From NCBI GenBank assembly GCA_030324005.1, contig JARDVH010000137.1, forward strand, positions 36,174,933 through 36,223,446: a DNA stretch of 48,514 nt, given 5' to 3'. The notes below the pieces were generated by a model. That model saw nothing but the letters and a program-made list of their open reading frames with translations. It made no database searches and was not told where the DNA came from. Below, in pieces: positions 11,628-23,069 of this stretch. Within the stretch, counting starts at the first letter, position 1, and the number at the start of each line of letters is the position of its first letter. Origin of the DNA: Negaprion brevirostris (lineage: Eukaryota). The translations under genes were made by a program, and so were the position numbers.

Positions 11628-12465
11628 AGAAATTGAATGAGTGGTGCCTGCATGGAGCAGGTCAGAAAACTGTCCATCCCCCAGTTGGATGGATTTAATT
11701 TCTTCATTAATCTGAAACAAGGCTGAGAAAAGTAATTATCAAATGGCCATGTGCACAATAGAGTGAATGCTTACTTAGTGGATCCTGCACNNNNNNNNNN
11801 NNNNNNNNNNNNNNNNNNNNNNNNNNGCCTGAAGTTCTTTCATTCCCTCATGGATTTGTCTGGTAAATCACATCCCATTCCAAGTGCGACAGTAAACAGC
11901 CAATGCATTCTTACAGTTCCAAGGATATCCCATCAGTCACAGAAGTACAACCGCAGATACAGAGACTCCAACAATGCAGTGTCAAATTCTTTACACAAGT
12001 CAAGCTGGTAATTGAACACAACTTACCCTAAAAATGAGTGAAAGTCCACAAGTCAGATAAATATCACAGATCTGTTGTCTCTGAGCTAAACCAACACACT
12101 GCTGCAGAATGCTCTCTCAATCAGCAAGTTCTGACTGTCAAAAAAATATAGATAGCTGGAACTGCCCCTTTGACCTGTGATTCAGGGAGCACATTGCAAA
12201 TTGACAAGTGACACCGAGAAAAGCAGCAATTCTACTGGCATGCAGTGGAGACAATGAAAAATACTTGGTACAAAGTAATGTTGTGCCTATACTCCAATAG
12301 TTTCCGAACAAGTGAAGGTTATGTTAGAACTGGGTCAAGTTCAGGTATTGCAAGAATTAAACTGGAAGTTTTAATCAGCACTGCATGNNNATAACTTGAA
12401 TTGATTGCCACTGACACTTTTGAAATATTAAGGGTCTGGAGAAGCAATACTAACTGCCATCAACT

Positions 12466-12785
12466 TGATTCGATTTGATTTGATTTATTATTGTCACATG
12501 TATTAGCTGACTGTGCAAAGTATTGCTTCTTGAGCACTATACCGACAAAGCATACCGTTCATGGAGTAGGAAAGGAGGGAGTGCAGAACGAATGTCACAG
12601 TCATAGCTAGGGTGTCGAGAAAGATCGATTTAATATGAGGTAGGTCCATTCAAAAGTCTGATTTGCACAGGGAAGCGACTGCTCTTGCATCGGTTGGTAC
12701 TTGTCTTCGGACATTGGGATCTTTTTCCCAATGGAGGAAGGTGGAAGAGAGTATGTCCGGGGCACATGGAGTCTTTTTCCTTGTC
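12466..12785 (-). mobile_element. Rex1/Babar-type LINE 3' fragment
   Basis: Reverse complement of the same 3' end (gatttgatttgatttattattgtcacatg; ggtccattcaaaagtctg). Confidence 0.8.
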
Positions 12786-12799
12786 TTCCACATGAATAA

Positions 12800-12990
12800 T
12801 GAAATAGGAGCTGAAGTAAGCCCTTCAGCTCCCTGAGCTTGCTCTGCCATTCATTAAGATCACTGTTGACCTGTTTGTGTTGAGTTCCATATTCTCCATC
12901 TTGCTGGTAACCTTTGATTCCCATGCCTAACAAGATTCTAACTACTTCCACCTCTAAATTATTCAGTGACCCTTCTTGCACCATTTTCTG
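12800..12990 (-). mobile_element. CR1 3' UTR fragment
   Basis: aataggagctgaagtaagcccttcagctccctgagcttgctctgccattcattaagatc resembles the reverse complement of 6850-6930. Confidence 0.7.
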
Positions 12991-13412
12991 AGGTGAATCT
13001 GTTGATCTGAAGTACTATCACTGGCAAAGTTGTTCCAGTCATCGTATAATGATTTCCGCACCATCTGGGCCCTGAGATATAAAAGGCGCAGCTACTTTCT
13101 TTGGTTTTGATGGTTTGTTTCATTCCAGTGCCAGCCCTCGCACTCAAGCACCATACACAATACTGTCGAACTCATCAAATAAAGTTTCAATGGCCCATCG
13201 TAGTTGCAAGTTCAATCAATTTAATGCTGAATTAAGTAGAAGATTGCAGAAGAGAAGTCATTAGCTACGCGCCATGGATTCCATTTCACAAGCAACTTTA
13301 AAAAATGAGGCATAAAATGAGCCTAGTGATTTGAAGTCATTTTGCTCCACGCCTGGGAGCAATGGCATATTGCTCGAATTGAAAACTGTAGAGCAGCATC
13401 CAATGGGGTACC

Positions 13413-13592
13413 AAAATCAGAAAATTCTGGAAAATCTCAGCCAGTCCGACAGCATCTGTGGAGAGAGAATAGAGCCAAGGGTTTACTGACTTGAAGCGTT
13501 GGCTCTATTCTCTCTCTCCACAGATGCTGTCAGACCTGCTGAGATTTTCCAGCATTGTCCGTCTTTGTTTCAGATTCCAGCATCCGCAGTGT
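13413..13592. mobile_element. Penelope-associated terminal repeat in inverted (head-to-head) arrangement
   Basis: Arms 13427-13478 and 13499-13552 are reverse complements; the same repeat occurs at 45127-45210 and, more diverged, at 38263-38360. Confidence 0.65.
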
Positions 13593-13656
13593 TTTGCCTT
13601 TAGGATACCAAATTCATTGGAATGGTTCCAAAATGAGTCCACCAACAAGACTGTTT

Positions 13657-13765
13657 GGGCGGAATTTTCCTGTCGTAGTGGGCAGGACACACACCATGCA
13701 GAGGTCTGTTAACACTCAGGTGGGATTTACCAGTCTTGGGGCAAGCGTGGCTGGAAAATCCCACC
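13657..13765. mobile_element. MITE with Harbinger-like TIRs
   Basis: gggcggaattttcc ... ggaaaatcccacc terminal inverted repeats; internal accatgc shared with 34264 and 42827 copies. Confidence 0.65.
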
Positions 13766-13984
13766 AGCAGTCATTGAGCAGAGCTAGGGCTTCCCAGAAG
13801 CAGGACAATAGCTTGGTCTTAAAGCCAACAATTTTATCTGCTTCTGCATCTCACATGGTGTTTTTAAAGGCATTTGTTTAAAGCACAACCATGTATTCAA
13901 AGGAAGGAATCCAAATGATCAACTTTATTCTATGATGTTTGATAGTGTTTACCTTTCCATATTTTGAGCTGCAATCTAGTTTTC

Positions 13985-14350
13985 TTTTATTCTTTTACAT
14001 GATACGGGTGACACTGGCCAGGCCATTATTTGGTGCCCATCCCTGATTTCCCTTGAACTGAGTGACTTGCTCGGGCCATTTCAGAGTCAGACACGTTGTC
14101 GTGGGTGTGGAGTCACATGTAGTGTAGCCCAGGTAAGGAGGGCAACTTTCCCTCCCTAAAGGACATCAATGAACCAGATGGGTTTTTAAGGCCAGCAATG
14201 ATAGTTCTATGGGCACCATTGCTGAGGCTAGTTGTATATTTCAGATTTTCTTAATTGAATTTAAATTCCACAGTTGGCATGGTGGGGTTTTTGAACTCAT
14301 GTCCACTGGGCATTAGCCTGGGCTGCTGGATCACTAGTCCAATGGCATTA
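13985..14350 (-). mobile_element. tRNA-derived SINE (third family) sharing its tail with the second CR1/L2-group LINE
   Basis: Minus-strand head ggactagtgatccagcagcccaggctaatgc...gagttcaaa; tail cccatccctgatttcccttga matches the end of 18450-19068. Confidence 0.75.
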
Positions 14351-14479
14351 TCATCATGTCTCCATCTGCCCTATGGTGTACCATATTGACTCAGATTTGT
14401 GTGGTCTAGCAATGAGCCCAAAACCAACATAGCGATGAGGACCGTCAGAGGATACAGTAGGGTCCAGATCGGTTGGAGG

Positions 14480-15268
14480 CTTAGGCAGATGGAGTTTAAT
14501 CTGAACAAATGTGAGATAACACATTTTGGAAGGTCTAATACAGATGGGAAATATACAGCAAGTGGCAGAACCCTTAAGAATATTGCTAGGATCTGTACAT
14601 GTACATAGGTCACTGAAAGTGGCAACACAGTTGGAGAACGTAGTCAAGATAGCGTACGGCATACTTGCCTTTATTGGCCAGGGCATTGAGTTTAAAAATT
14701 AACGAGTCGTATTACAGCTTTATAGAGCCTTAGTTAGGCCACAATTGGAATATAGTGTTCAATTCTGGTTGCCACGCTATTAGAAGGATGTGGAGGCTTT
14801 AGAGAGGGTACAGAAAAGATTTACCAGGATGTTGCCTGATAAGGAGGGCATTAGCTATGAGGAGAGGTTGGAGAAACTTGGTTTGTTCNNNNNNNNNNNN
14901 NNNNNNNNNNNNNNNNNNNNNNNNNNNNNNNNNNNNNNNNNNNNNNNNNNNNNNNNNNNNNNNNNNNNNNNNNNNNNNNNNNNNNNNNNNNNNNNNNNNN
15001 NNNNNNNNNNNNNNNNNNNNNNNNNGGCAAGCTTTTTACACAAAGGATGGTGGATGCCTGAAACTCGCTGCCGGGGGAGGTAGTAGAGGCAGATACAATA
15101 GTGACTTTTAAGGGGCATCTTGACAAATACATGAATGGGATGGGAACAGAGGGATATGGTCCATGGAAGGATAAGGGGTTTTAGTTCAGTGGGGCAGCAT
15201 GGTGAGTGCAGGCTTGGAGGGCGGAAGGGCCAGTTCCTGTGTTGTAATTTTCTTTGTTCTTTGTTCAA
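14480..15268 (+). mobile_element. CR1 LINE 3' fragment
   Basis: QMEFNLNKCEITHFGRSN, ALERVQKRFTRMLP..ISYEERLEKLGLF; tail ttctttgttctttgttc. Confidence 0.9.
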
Positions 15269-15669
15269 TAAATTAGGACCATAAAAATAACAGGCACAAG
15301 TTATACAGAAGTGCAAGCAATACCCAATTGTGTGTGAAATCGTATGTGCGTGCAACCTTTGCTTCTCAAAACAGTCAGTAAACACATGTTCAATTTTATG
15401 CACCAGAATCCATGTGTTTATGGTCCAGCATTTTCATGTCATTTTATCTTTGCAGGGAACAATTATTGGATTTGAGCATTCATAAGAAGTGGCCAGAAAT
15501 AAATAGAAACACAGGCACTCTGCCCATACACAGAATATTACAGAAATCCAAAAACTGGTGTCAGCAGCACTTCTTCAGAGGGTGCACTGTCGATCCAGCT
15601 CCTGACTGTAACCAATGGGGAATCCATGAAGTGATGAGAATTTCCACTTCTGTTCTCTTAGAGTTGATT

Positions 15670-16412
15670 TGATATTGCCTGCAACGGAATATTTAAGTTA
15701 TGAAGAGAGGTTGGATAGGGTTAGGATGTTTTCATTGGAGCAGAGAAGACTGATCAATCACCTGATTGAGGTGTTCAAGATTCTGAGGGGCATGGACAGA
15801 GTGGATAAGGAGCAACTGTCCCCCTTAGCTGAAGGGTCAGTCACAAAGGGACATAGGTTCAAGGTGGGGGACAAGTGATTTAGGGGGAATTTGAGGAAAA
15901 CCTTTTTTACCCAGAGAGTGGTGACAAACAAACAAAAAAAAGAACATTACAGCACAGGAACTGGCCCTTCGGCCCTCCAAGCCAGCACCGATCATGTTTG
16001 CCTATCTAAATCAACCACTTATATCCCGCTATTGCCTTTTTGTTCACATATCTATCAAGACAAGTCTTAAATGTGGCTAATTTCACTGCCTCAACCACCT
16101 CACTTGACAGTGCATTCCAGGGCGCCACCACCCTCTGTGTAAAAGCCTCCCCCCACACATCTCCACTGACCCTTTCCTCCCTTATCTCGAAATTGTGCCC
16201 CCTTGTAATTGTCATTGACGGTCTGGAATGCGCTGCCTGGGAGGGCGGTAGAGACAGGTTGCCTCAAACTCTTTAAAAAGTACCTGGTTGAATACTTGGC
16301 ACTTCATAACACTCGAGGCTATGTGCCAAGATCTGGTAAATGGAATTAAGTGAAGTTCAGATGCAGACTCGATGGGCCGAAGGGCCTCTTCTACACTGTA
16401 TGATTCTATGAT
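15670..16412 (+). mobile_element. CR1 LINE 3' fragment with a nested inverted CR1
   Basis: LSYEERLDRVRMFSLEQRRL..LIEVFKILRGMDRVD; resumes near 16216; tail gatgggccgaagggcctcttctacactgtatgattctatg. Confidence 0.85.
15925..16215 (-). mobile_element. CR1 3' fragment
   Basis: TRGHNFEIR...FTQRVVAPWNALSSEVVEA..LATFKTCLD. Confidence 0.85.
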
Positions 16413-16526
16413 TTAAATACCTCGCTGATGATTAGACCGTGTTGGTTGAGATGTAACTGTATTCTTAACAGTGTAATAACTTTAAAATTACCACTAAACG
16501 TCCTCAACATTTATAAAAGTTTTAAA

Positions 16527-16800
16527 ATGTATTTATTAGTGTCACGAGTAGGCTTACATTAACACTGCAATGAAGTTACTGTGACAATCCACTAGTCACC
16601 ACACTCCAACGCCTGTTTGGGTACACTGAGGGAAAATTTAGCACAGCCAATGCACGTTTTTCCGACTGTGGGAGAAAACCAGAGCACCCAGAGGAAACCC
16701 ACACGGATACAGGGAGAACGTGCAAACTTCACACAGACAGTGACCCAAGCCAGGAATTGAACCCGGATCTCTGACTATCCACAGTGCCACCATGACACCC
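16527..16800 (-). mobile_element. HE1-type V-SINE, tail B
   Basis: tttattagtgtcacgagtaggcttacattaacactgcaatgaagttactgtga tail plus V domain. Confidence 0.85.
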
Positions 16801-18449
16801 CATGGACTCTGAATTTTTTTTCTGTGGAATGTCAAGTTTCTCCTCTGCGTTAATTAAAAATTCACATTTTAATTTTTTTTAAGTTTGTTTACCTTTATTT
16901 TAGATTCCATTTTAATTCAATTACGATCATCTATTTTACTTCATTTAAATTAGAAGTGAAGAGCCTTGAAATTCCTGGATTGCCGTTATGTGAAAACGTC
17001 AACATGATAGGCTGCTTACTTGCTTGCTGACTTCACTGCTACTGCCCACCAAAAGACCTCCTTGAACTTGGCATCTTGGCGTACTATTAGGAAAGGGGAC
17101 AGTGCGTCACAGAAATCACCAGGTCTTCACGGACAGTTTTCTTCTGAGTTCAGAGATGATCACCAGTGTTTTACCGCTGGCTGTGAAATCTAGCCAATGC
17201 TTTTGTATACGTGACTGATGCGAACAGTAGCCCAAAGAATATATCAACAGAAGCAATCATTGGCTTTCTACATTATTCACAGCTGTTCCTTGCAGCGTTC
17301 TTGCAAAGGTCAGCACCGTTGAGGAGCTTTGTGTTTGCGCAACAAAGTCCTTGGAGGTTTTTTTTCATTAGACTTTCCATTACTGCACAGGAAGGGGCAT
17401 TGTTTCGACATATACCATCTTTTACCATTGTTATTTAGCCTGGCAGCCAGTGTGACAAGAATCAGTCACACTTTTTTTGGGGAATAACTACATGGGAAAG
17501 CTCCAAAGGTCCTAAAGCCCCCTTTAATTGATAATGAACAACAACAAGGGTCTCGAAAAATGGCTCCAATTATAAACATATTTTTGAATTCCCTCCAGAA
17601 GCTTACTCTTGATATTTTTCCAGCAAAAATATATTGTAAATTTCGTGGTCAGCATAAGCAAACCCAGCATTTCTTTTGACTTAGAACTGAAAGCGAACCC
17701 TTGGGAACTTGAGAAGTGATCAGACATAACTAATGATATGGGGAGAACAAAACATCCATTAAAGACTCACACCTCTTTACAACTTGCGCACATGAAATAA
17801 TTAGAGACAGTAATTAAATGTTGCTTTAATCTTAGGTTTGAGCACCAGCTAAGATTGAATCTCAAGTCTTGACACACACTGCTGTCAACTTCTCATATTA
17901 TATAAAAGCATCTGTTTTGCAAATCATCTATTATTGCAGATATTTAAATGTTGACTCTATACCTTGGGGCGATTTAGGCCTCGGGCTGTCTAGAATGTAT
18001 TCTGAATGTGATCAATCCACTACTGTCTTTTCCTATCAAACCAAACAACTAACAGACCACAACTGCATCTCTCCTCTGGCCAAATTCTTATTGTACTTCC
18101 TGCTAGACTGAGCCAAGAGCCCTTCTCAGCAGCGCCCAAATCCCTTTGATGAACAAAACCTTTAATCACTTAATGAGGAGAGGGAATTGTGTTTAACTGT
18201 GAATTGCAATGACCTATTGTGCGAGAGGCTTGAAGAATTGATGAAAAGATTTCACTGCCCACAATCCCAATCCAACTGCCCTGTTATCACGGTCTTGGCA
18301 ACCTAAAAGGTTAAAGGTAGAAAATTTGACAAAATGGGCAAATTTGTTTCACAAAGTAACATTGTGCTGATCAATCTTACTTTCAATATCCCCGGTGCAT
18401 TAATGTGACTGAACCTTAAGTGACCTTACATTAATTACAGTGCAAATGC

Positions 18450-19068
18450 ATTATCATCATCCTGAGGGTCACCATTAACCAGAAACTGAGCCGGGCCAGC
18501 CACATAAACACTACAGAAACACATCCGAGGCTGGGAATTCTGACTTCACAAGGCCCGATTAAGTCAGGATTGTGATTAAATATCTCCGCTTGCCTGGATG
18601 AATCCAACTGCAACAACACTCAAGAAGCACAAAAGAACCCAATCTTGGGCACCCCATCAAACACCAAAAGCATCCACTTCCTCCACAACTAAAGCACAAT
18701 GGCAGCTGCCATACCTTTCACAAGATGCACTACAGAAACTCCATGAAGGCTCCTTCGACAGCACCTTAAACTTTCCAAAACTGTGACCTCTGCCATCTCG
18801 AAGGACAAAGGCAGCAGATGCATGGCAGCATCACCATCTGCAAGTCCCCCTTCAAGCCACAAACCATCCAGACTTGGAACTATATCGCTGTTTCTTCACT
18901 GTGGCTGAGTCAAAATCCCTTCCTCACAGCACTGTGAGTGTATCTACACTACAGGAACTCCAACGGTTCAAGAAGTCAATTCACCACTACCTTCTCAAGA
19001 GCAATTAGGGATGAGCAATAAAAATGCTGGCCTAGCCAGCAACGGCCACGTCTCAAGAAAGAATAACA
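18450..19068 (+). mobile_element. Second CR1/L2-group LINE, 3' fragment
   Basis: ctgagggtcaccattaaccagaaactgagc...ggttcaagaagtcaattcaccactaccttctcaagagcaattagggatgagcaataaaaatgctggcctagccagc; homologous to the end of 31060-33730. Confidence 0.75.
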
Positions 19069-19330
19069 AACTAACCCCAGTTTACAACTTTGTTATTTTT
19101 AGCAGAAGAGAAATTACCTCCCTCCCTCTCCCTCCTTCTTACCGGCAGCAGCATGTGTAAATAAAAACTTAATTAGTTAGCATGTAGTTGCTGAATACAC
19201 CATGCATTATATCAGTATGTCCAAAGATAAATATTAGTGCATTTGTGATTCATTATAGAGGAGAGGAAGCACCTCAACCCTGTTCTCTGTATGTCTGAAT
19301 CTTTCAGTATAAGTCTCACATATAAGAAAA

Positions 19331-19630
19331 AAGTTTATTTATTAGTTACAAGTAGGCTTACATTAACACTGCAATGAAGTTGCTGTGAAAATCCCCTAGT
19401 TGCTACACTCTGGCACCTGTTCGGGTACATTGAGGGAGAATTCAACATGGCCATTGCACCTAAGCAGCACGTCTTTCAGACTGTGGGAGGAAACCAGGGC
19501 ACCCAGAGAAAACCCACGCAGACACGGGGCGAATGTGAAAACTCTGCACAGATAGTGATCGTAGCTGGGAATTGAACCCAGGTCCTGACGCTGTGAGGCA
19601 GCAATGCTAACCACTGGTGCTAACCAATGC
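19331..19630 (-). mobile_element. HE1-type V-SINE, tail B
   Basis: Full head, V domain and tail B on the minus strand. Confidence 0.9.
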
Positions 19631-19668
19631 CATAAGAGAATAACCAGGAATATCATAGTTGAGTCTAT

Positions 19669-20057
19669 GGGCCTGATATTACCATTTTGATTCTAAGTGG
19701 CGTAATTCAGATCCGACTTGGAAATCTGCTTTAGGTGTCCCAATACGCACAAAGCCTGAAAAAAAAATCGTCATTTGCACTGTGGCCGGGGCTTATTGCT
19801 CCCAGCATAATCGGAGCTCTGAACTGACAAAGCGCACTGCTGTCGGATTGCTTGTGGGAGCGAAAAGCAAGAGTGATGGACCTCACAGACATTACTGTCC
19901 CCCTTATCCACCCATCCCCCCCACTACCCAGACTGATCATGATTTCCTGCCCCCTTCCCCCCTATCGATCGCCCGCAGAGTGGCAGCCGACTCCCTACCC
20001 CCCCCTCCTTCCCCACCCCACCAGAGATCCATCTACCCCTACCCCCCACCAAAGATA
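19669..20057. mobile_element. Non-autonomous DNA transposon end (Harbinger-like), running into a gap
   Basis: gggcctgatattaccattttgattctaagtg...tcagatcc...atacgcac...gcctgaaaa is homologous to the reverse complement of 42500-42704. Confidence 0.6.
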
Positions 20058-21639
20058 NNNNNNNNNNNNNNNNNNNNNNNNNNNNNNNNNNNNNNNNNNN
20101 NNNNNNNNNNNNNNNNNNNNNNNNNNNNNNNNNNNNNNNNNNNNNNNNNNNNNNNNNNNNNNNNNNNNNNNNNNNNNNNNNNNNNNNNNNNNNNNNNNNN
20201 NNNNNNNNNNNNNNNNNNNNNNNNNNNNNNNNNNNNNNNNNNNNNNNNNNNNNNNNNNNNNNNNNNNNNNNNNNNNNNNNNNNNNNNNNNNNNNNNNNNN
20301 NNNNNNNNNNNNNNNNNNNNNNNNNNNNNNNNNNNNNNNNNNNNNNNNNNNNNNNNNNNNNNNNNNNNNNNNNNNNNNNNNNNNNNNNNNNNNNNNNNNN
20401 NNNNNNNNNNNNNNNNNNNNNNNNNNNNNNNNNNNNNNNNNNNNNNNNNNNNNNNNNNNNNNNNNNNNNNNNNNNNNNNNNNNNNNNNNNNNNNNNNNNN
20501 NNNNNNNNNNNNNNNNNNNNNNNNNNNNNNNNNNNNNNNNNNNNNNNNNNNNNNNNNNNNNNNNNNNNNNNNNNNNNNNNNNNNNNNNNNNNNNNNNNNN
20601 NNNNNNNNNNNNNNNNNNNNNNNNNNNNNNNNNNNNNNNNNAATTGTGTTTTTAAGGCTTAATTTTATATCTTCATTTTCAAGACCCCTCCAACTGCCTG
20701 AAGCTATCCCATTTGTTCTGAACAGATCTGGGGTGAATGCAGGCAGATGACAGCAGTATTTCATTTATTACAGTAAAGGGACAACTCCTATCCATTCAGC
20801 TCAAATGTATTTTGGCCTCATACAAGAAAGAAGAAGAAACAGAAGATTGGATCCATTTGAAAGAAAGGGCAAATCTCTGGATGGAGCTACCCTAGAACAG
20901 ATAGGAAGATCCTAATCTAACTTAAAAAGTCTATAAGTTATAAATTCGGTCATTTCTAAGGAGCTGGACATTTACCAGAACAAAACAAAACCTTTTGAAC
21001 AAGGGGGAAACGATGACTTGATTGTCAGCTCATCAGATGAGAACCCAAGAAATGGCTTACCTCAATGAGAAATACGGAAGAGCAGGGAACATCTTCTCAG
21101 GAGCTCGGCACGCCGATCAGAGCCATCAACCCCAGCCTTTGATGATTACATTTTCCTCCTGTTTTGGACAAAAGTGACCTCAGGTAGAGGAACCCATTCT
21201 TACTGAAGGTTAGGCAGACTGGTCTTTTTCCTAAAGTGTTTCGAATAGAGTGTTATACAGAGTCAGGTGTAATTTTCAAACACAAAAATTATTTCAAAGC
21301 ACTGTAATTACCTTCACTCCAAGTTTATTTTCAAATGTGCTCTAGGGCAGATTTTCCTACTCCGACACACTTGGATCTATTAAAGTGACTGGATTCAGTA
21401 AACACAGGGAATTCTGCCAGGAAAAGTGTGCACTGAGATGGTCTACCAACTGTTGATGTGAATAGCATCTTAATGGAGGGATCCTTACTTGGCATTTGAT
21501 GTGCAACATGAATGGCTCGAATATGGTGGGAGGGAGTGTTGCAGTGATAATGTCTCTAGGGCTAGTAATGCAGAGGTCCAGGTTAATGCTCTGGAGACAC
21601 AGGATTCAAATGGGCATTCAACTATCGTATTAAAACTGA

Positions 21640-22055
21640 ATGTCAAGAGTGCTGATTGGATTCTCTCTTACTTGAGACAGTCATTGCCTGGCACTTGTGT
21701 GGCTTGAATGTTACTTGCCACATGTCAGCCCAATTCTGAATATTGTCCAAGTCTTTCTGCATTTGGACAAGGGCTGCTTCAATAACTGAGGAGTTGTGAA
21801 TGGTGCTGAACATTGTACGATCATCAGCAAACACCCCCATTTCTGATTTATAGAGGGAAGGTCATTATCAAAGCTATTGAAAATGGTTGGGTCCATGAAA
21901 CTACCCTGAGAAACTCTTGCAATGATATTCTGGAACTGAGATGTTTGGCGTCCACAATTGCAATATACTAAATATGACTCTAAGCTGTGGAGAATTTTCT
22001 CCCTGATTCCCACTGACTACAGTTTTGCTCAGGCTCCCTGGTGCCATATTTGGCC
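21640..22055 (-). mobile_element. Second CR1/L2-group LINE, RT fragment
   Basis: VSQGSFMDPTIFNSFDNDLP and GVFADDRTMF...LDNIQNWADMWQVTFKPHKCQ. Confidence 0.85.
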
Positions 22056-22212
22056 AATCCCATCATGGCAGTTGGTGAAATTTAGATTCAATTAATAAAA
22101 TCCGGAATTATAAGCTACTGTCAGTAATGGTGATCATGAAACTCTCATCAATTGTAAAATCTCAACTGGTTCACTCATGCTTTGTAGGGAAAAATATCTT
22201 CCCACCCTTAGA

Positions 22213-22490
22213 AGGGCGGCATAGTGGTTAGCACTGCTGCCGTACAGCTCCAGGGACCCAGGTTCGATTCCTGCCTGGGGTCACTGTCTGTGTGGAGTCT
22301 GCATGTTCTCCCTGTGTCTGTGAGGGTTTCCTCCCACAGTCCAAAAGCTGGTTAGGTACATTGGCCATGCTAAATTCTCCCACAGTGTACCTCAACAGGT
22401 GCAGGAGTGTGGTGACTAGGGGAATTTCACAGTAACTTCACTACAGCGTTAATGTAAGCCTTACTTGTGACTAATAAATTAACTTAAACT
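22213..22490 (+). mobile_element. HE1-type V-SINE, tail B
   Basis: gggcggcatagtggttagcactgctgcc head; tail ...aagccttacttgtgactaataaattaactt. Confidence 0.9.
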
Positions 22491-23069
22491 TTACTTAGTC
22501 TCGCCTACATGTAACTCTAGACCATTAGCAATTTGGTGGACTCTGAACTGCCCTCTGCAGTAGTCTAGTAAGCCACTCAGTACAAGTGCAATTGGGAATG
22601 TTGGTGCAAGCTTGATGGGCCAAATGGCCTCCTTCTGTACTGTAGGATTCTATGAATGAGCAATGAATACTGTCTATGCCAGTGACACCTAGATCCCAAG
22701 GAAGAATTTTTTTGAAAATCAGTTAGCTTTACAATTTTCAGAGAAACTATGCTGCTACTATTGAATAAAGATGCTTGTAAAAGTTTAAGAAGTAACTGAC
22801 TGATTAATACATAGGAAATATAACAAGCAGCCTATGTAGCTCTCTCTACTGTTAGGATGAGTTCTCTGGAGAGAAGAAACATCAGTGGAGATGCTATATT
22901 GACCACTAGTTAATCTCCCCTTTCACTGAATGGGATTGACAAAAAGAGGATGATTCTTAGTCCAGGAAATTTGATAAGACTCCAAAATGAGCACCTGGAT
23001 TATGATACGCGGTTAATTTACAACCAATGCATCTGCTGCAGGCAGCATACAAACCTTGCACTGGTTCAG

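Larger units (their letters stand above)
21525..22710 (+). mobile_element. Third-family tRNA SINE split by three nested insertions
   Basis: Pieces at about 21525-21611, 22056-22210, 22492-22600 and 22655-22710 are colinear with the reverse complement of 13985-14350. Confidence 0.75.

Noticed and set aside
13076..13090. TATA-like gatataaaaggcgca
   Set aside because: No CpG island or downstream exon to support a promoter
19782..20764. Long ORFs here and at 41461-42502, 28366-28879, 39701-40047 and 14790-15403
   Set aside because: Length comes from N gaps translated as X
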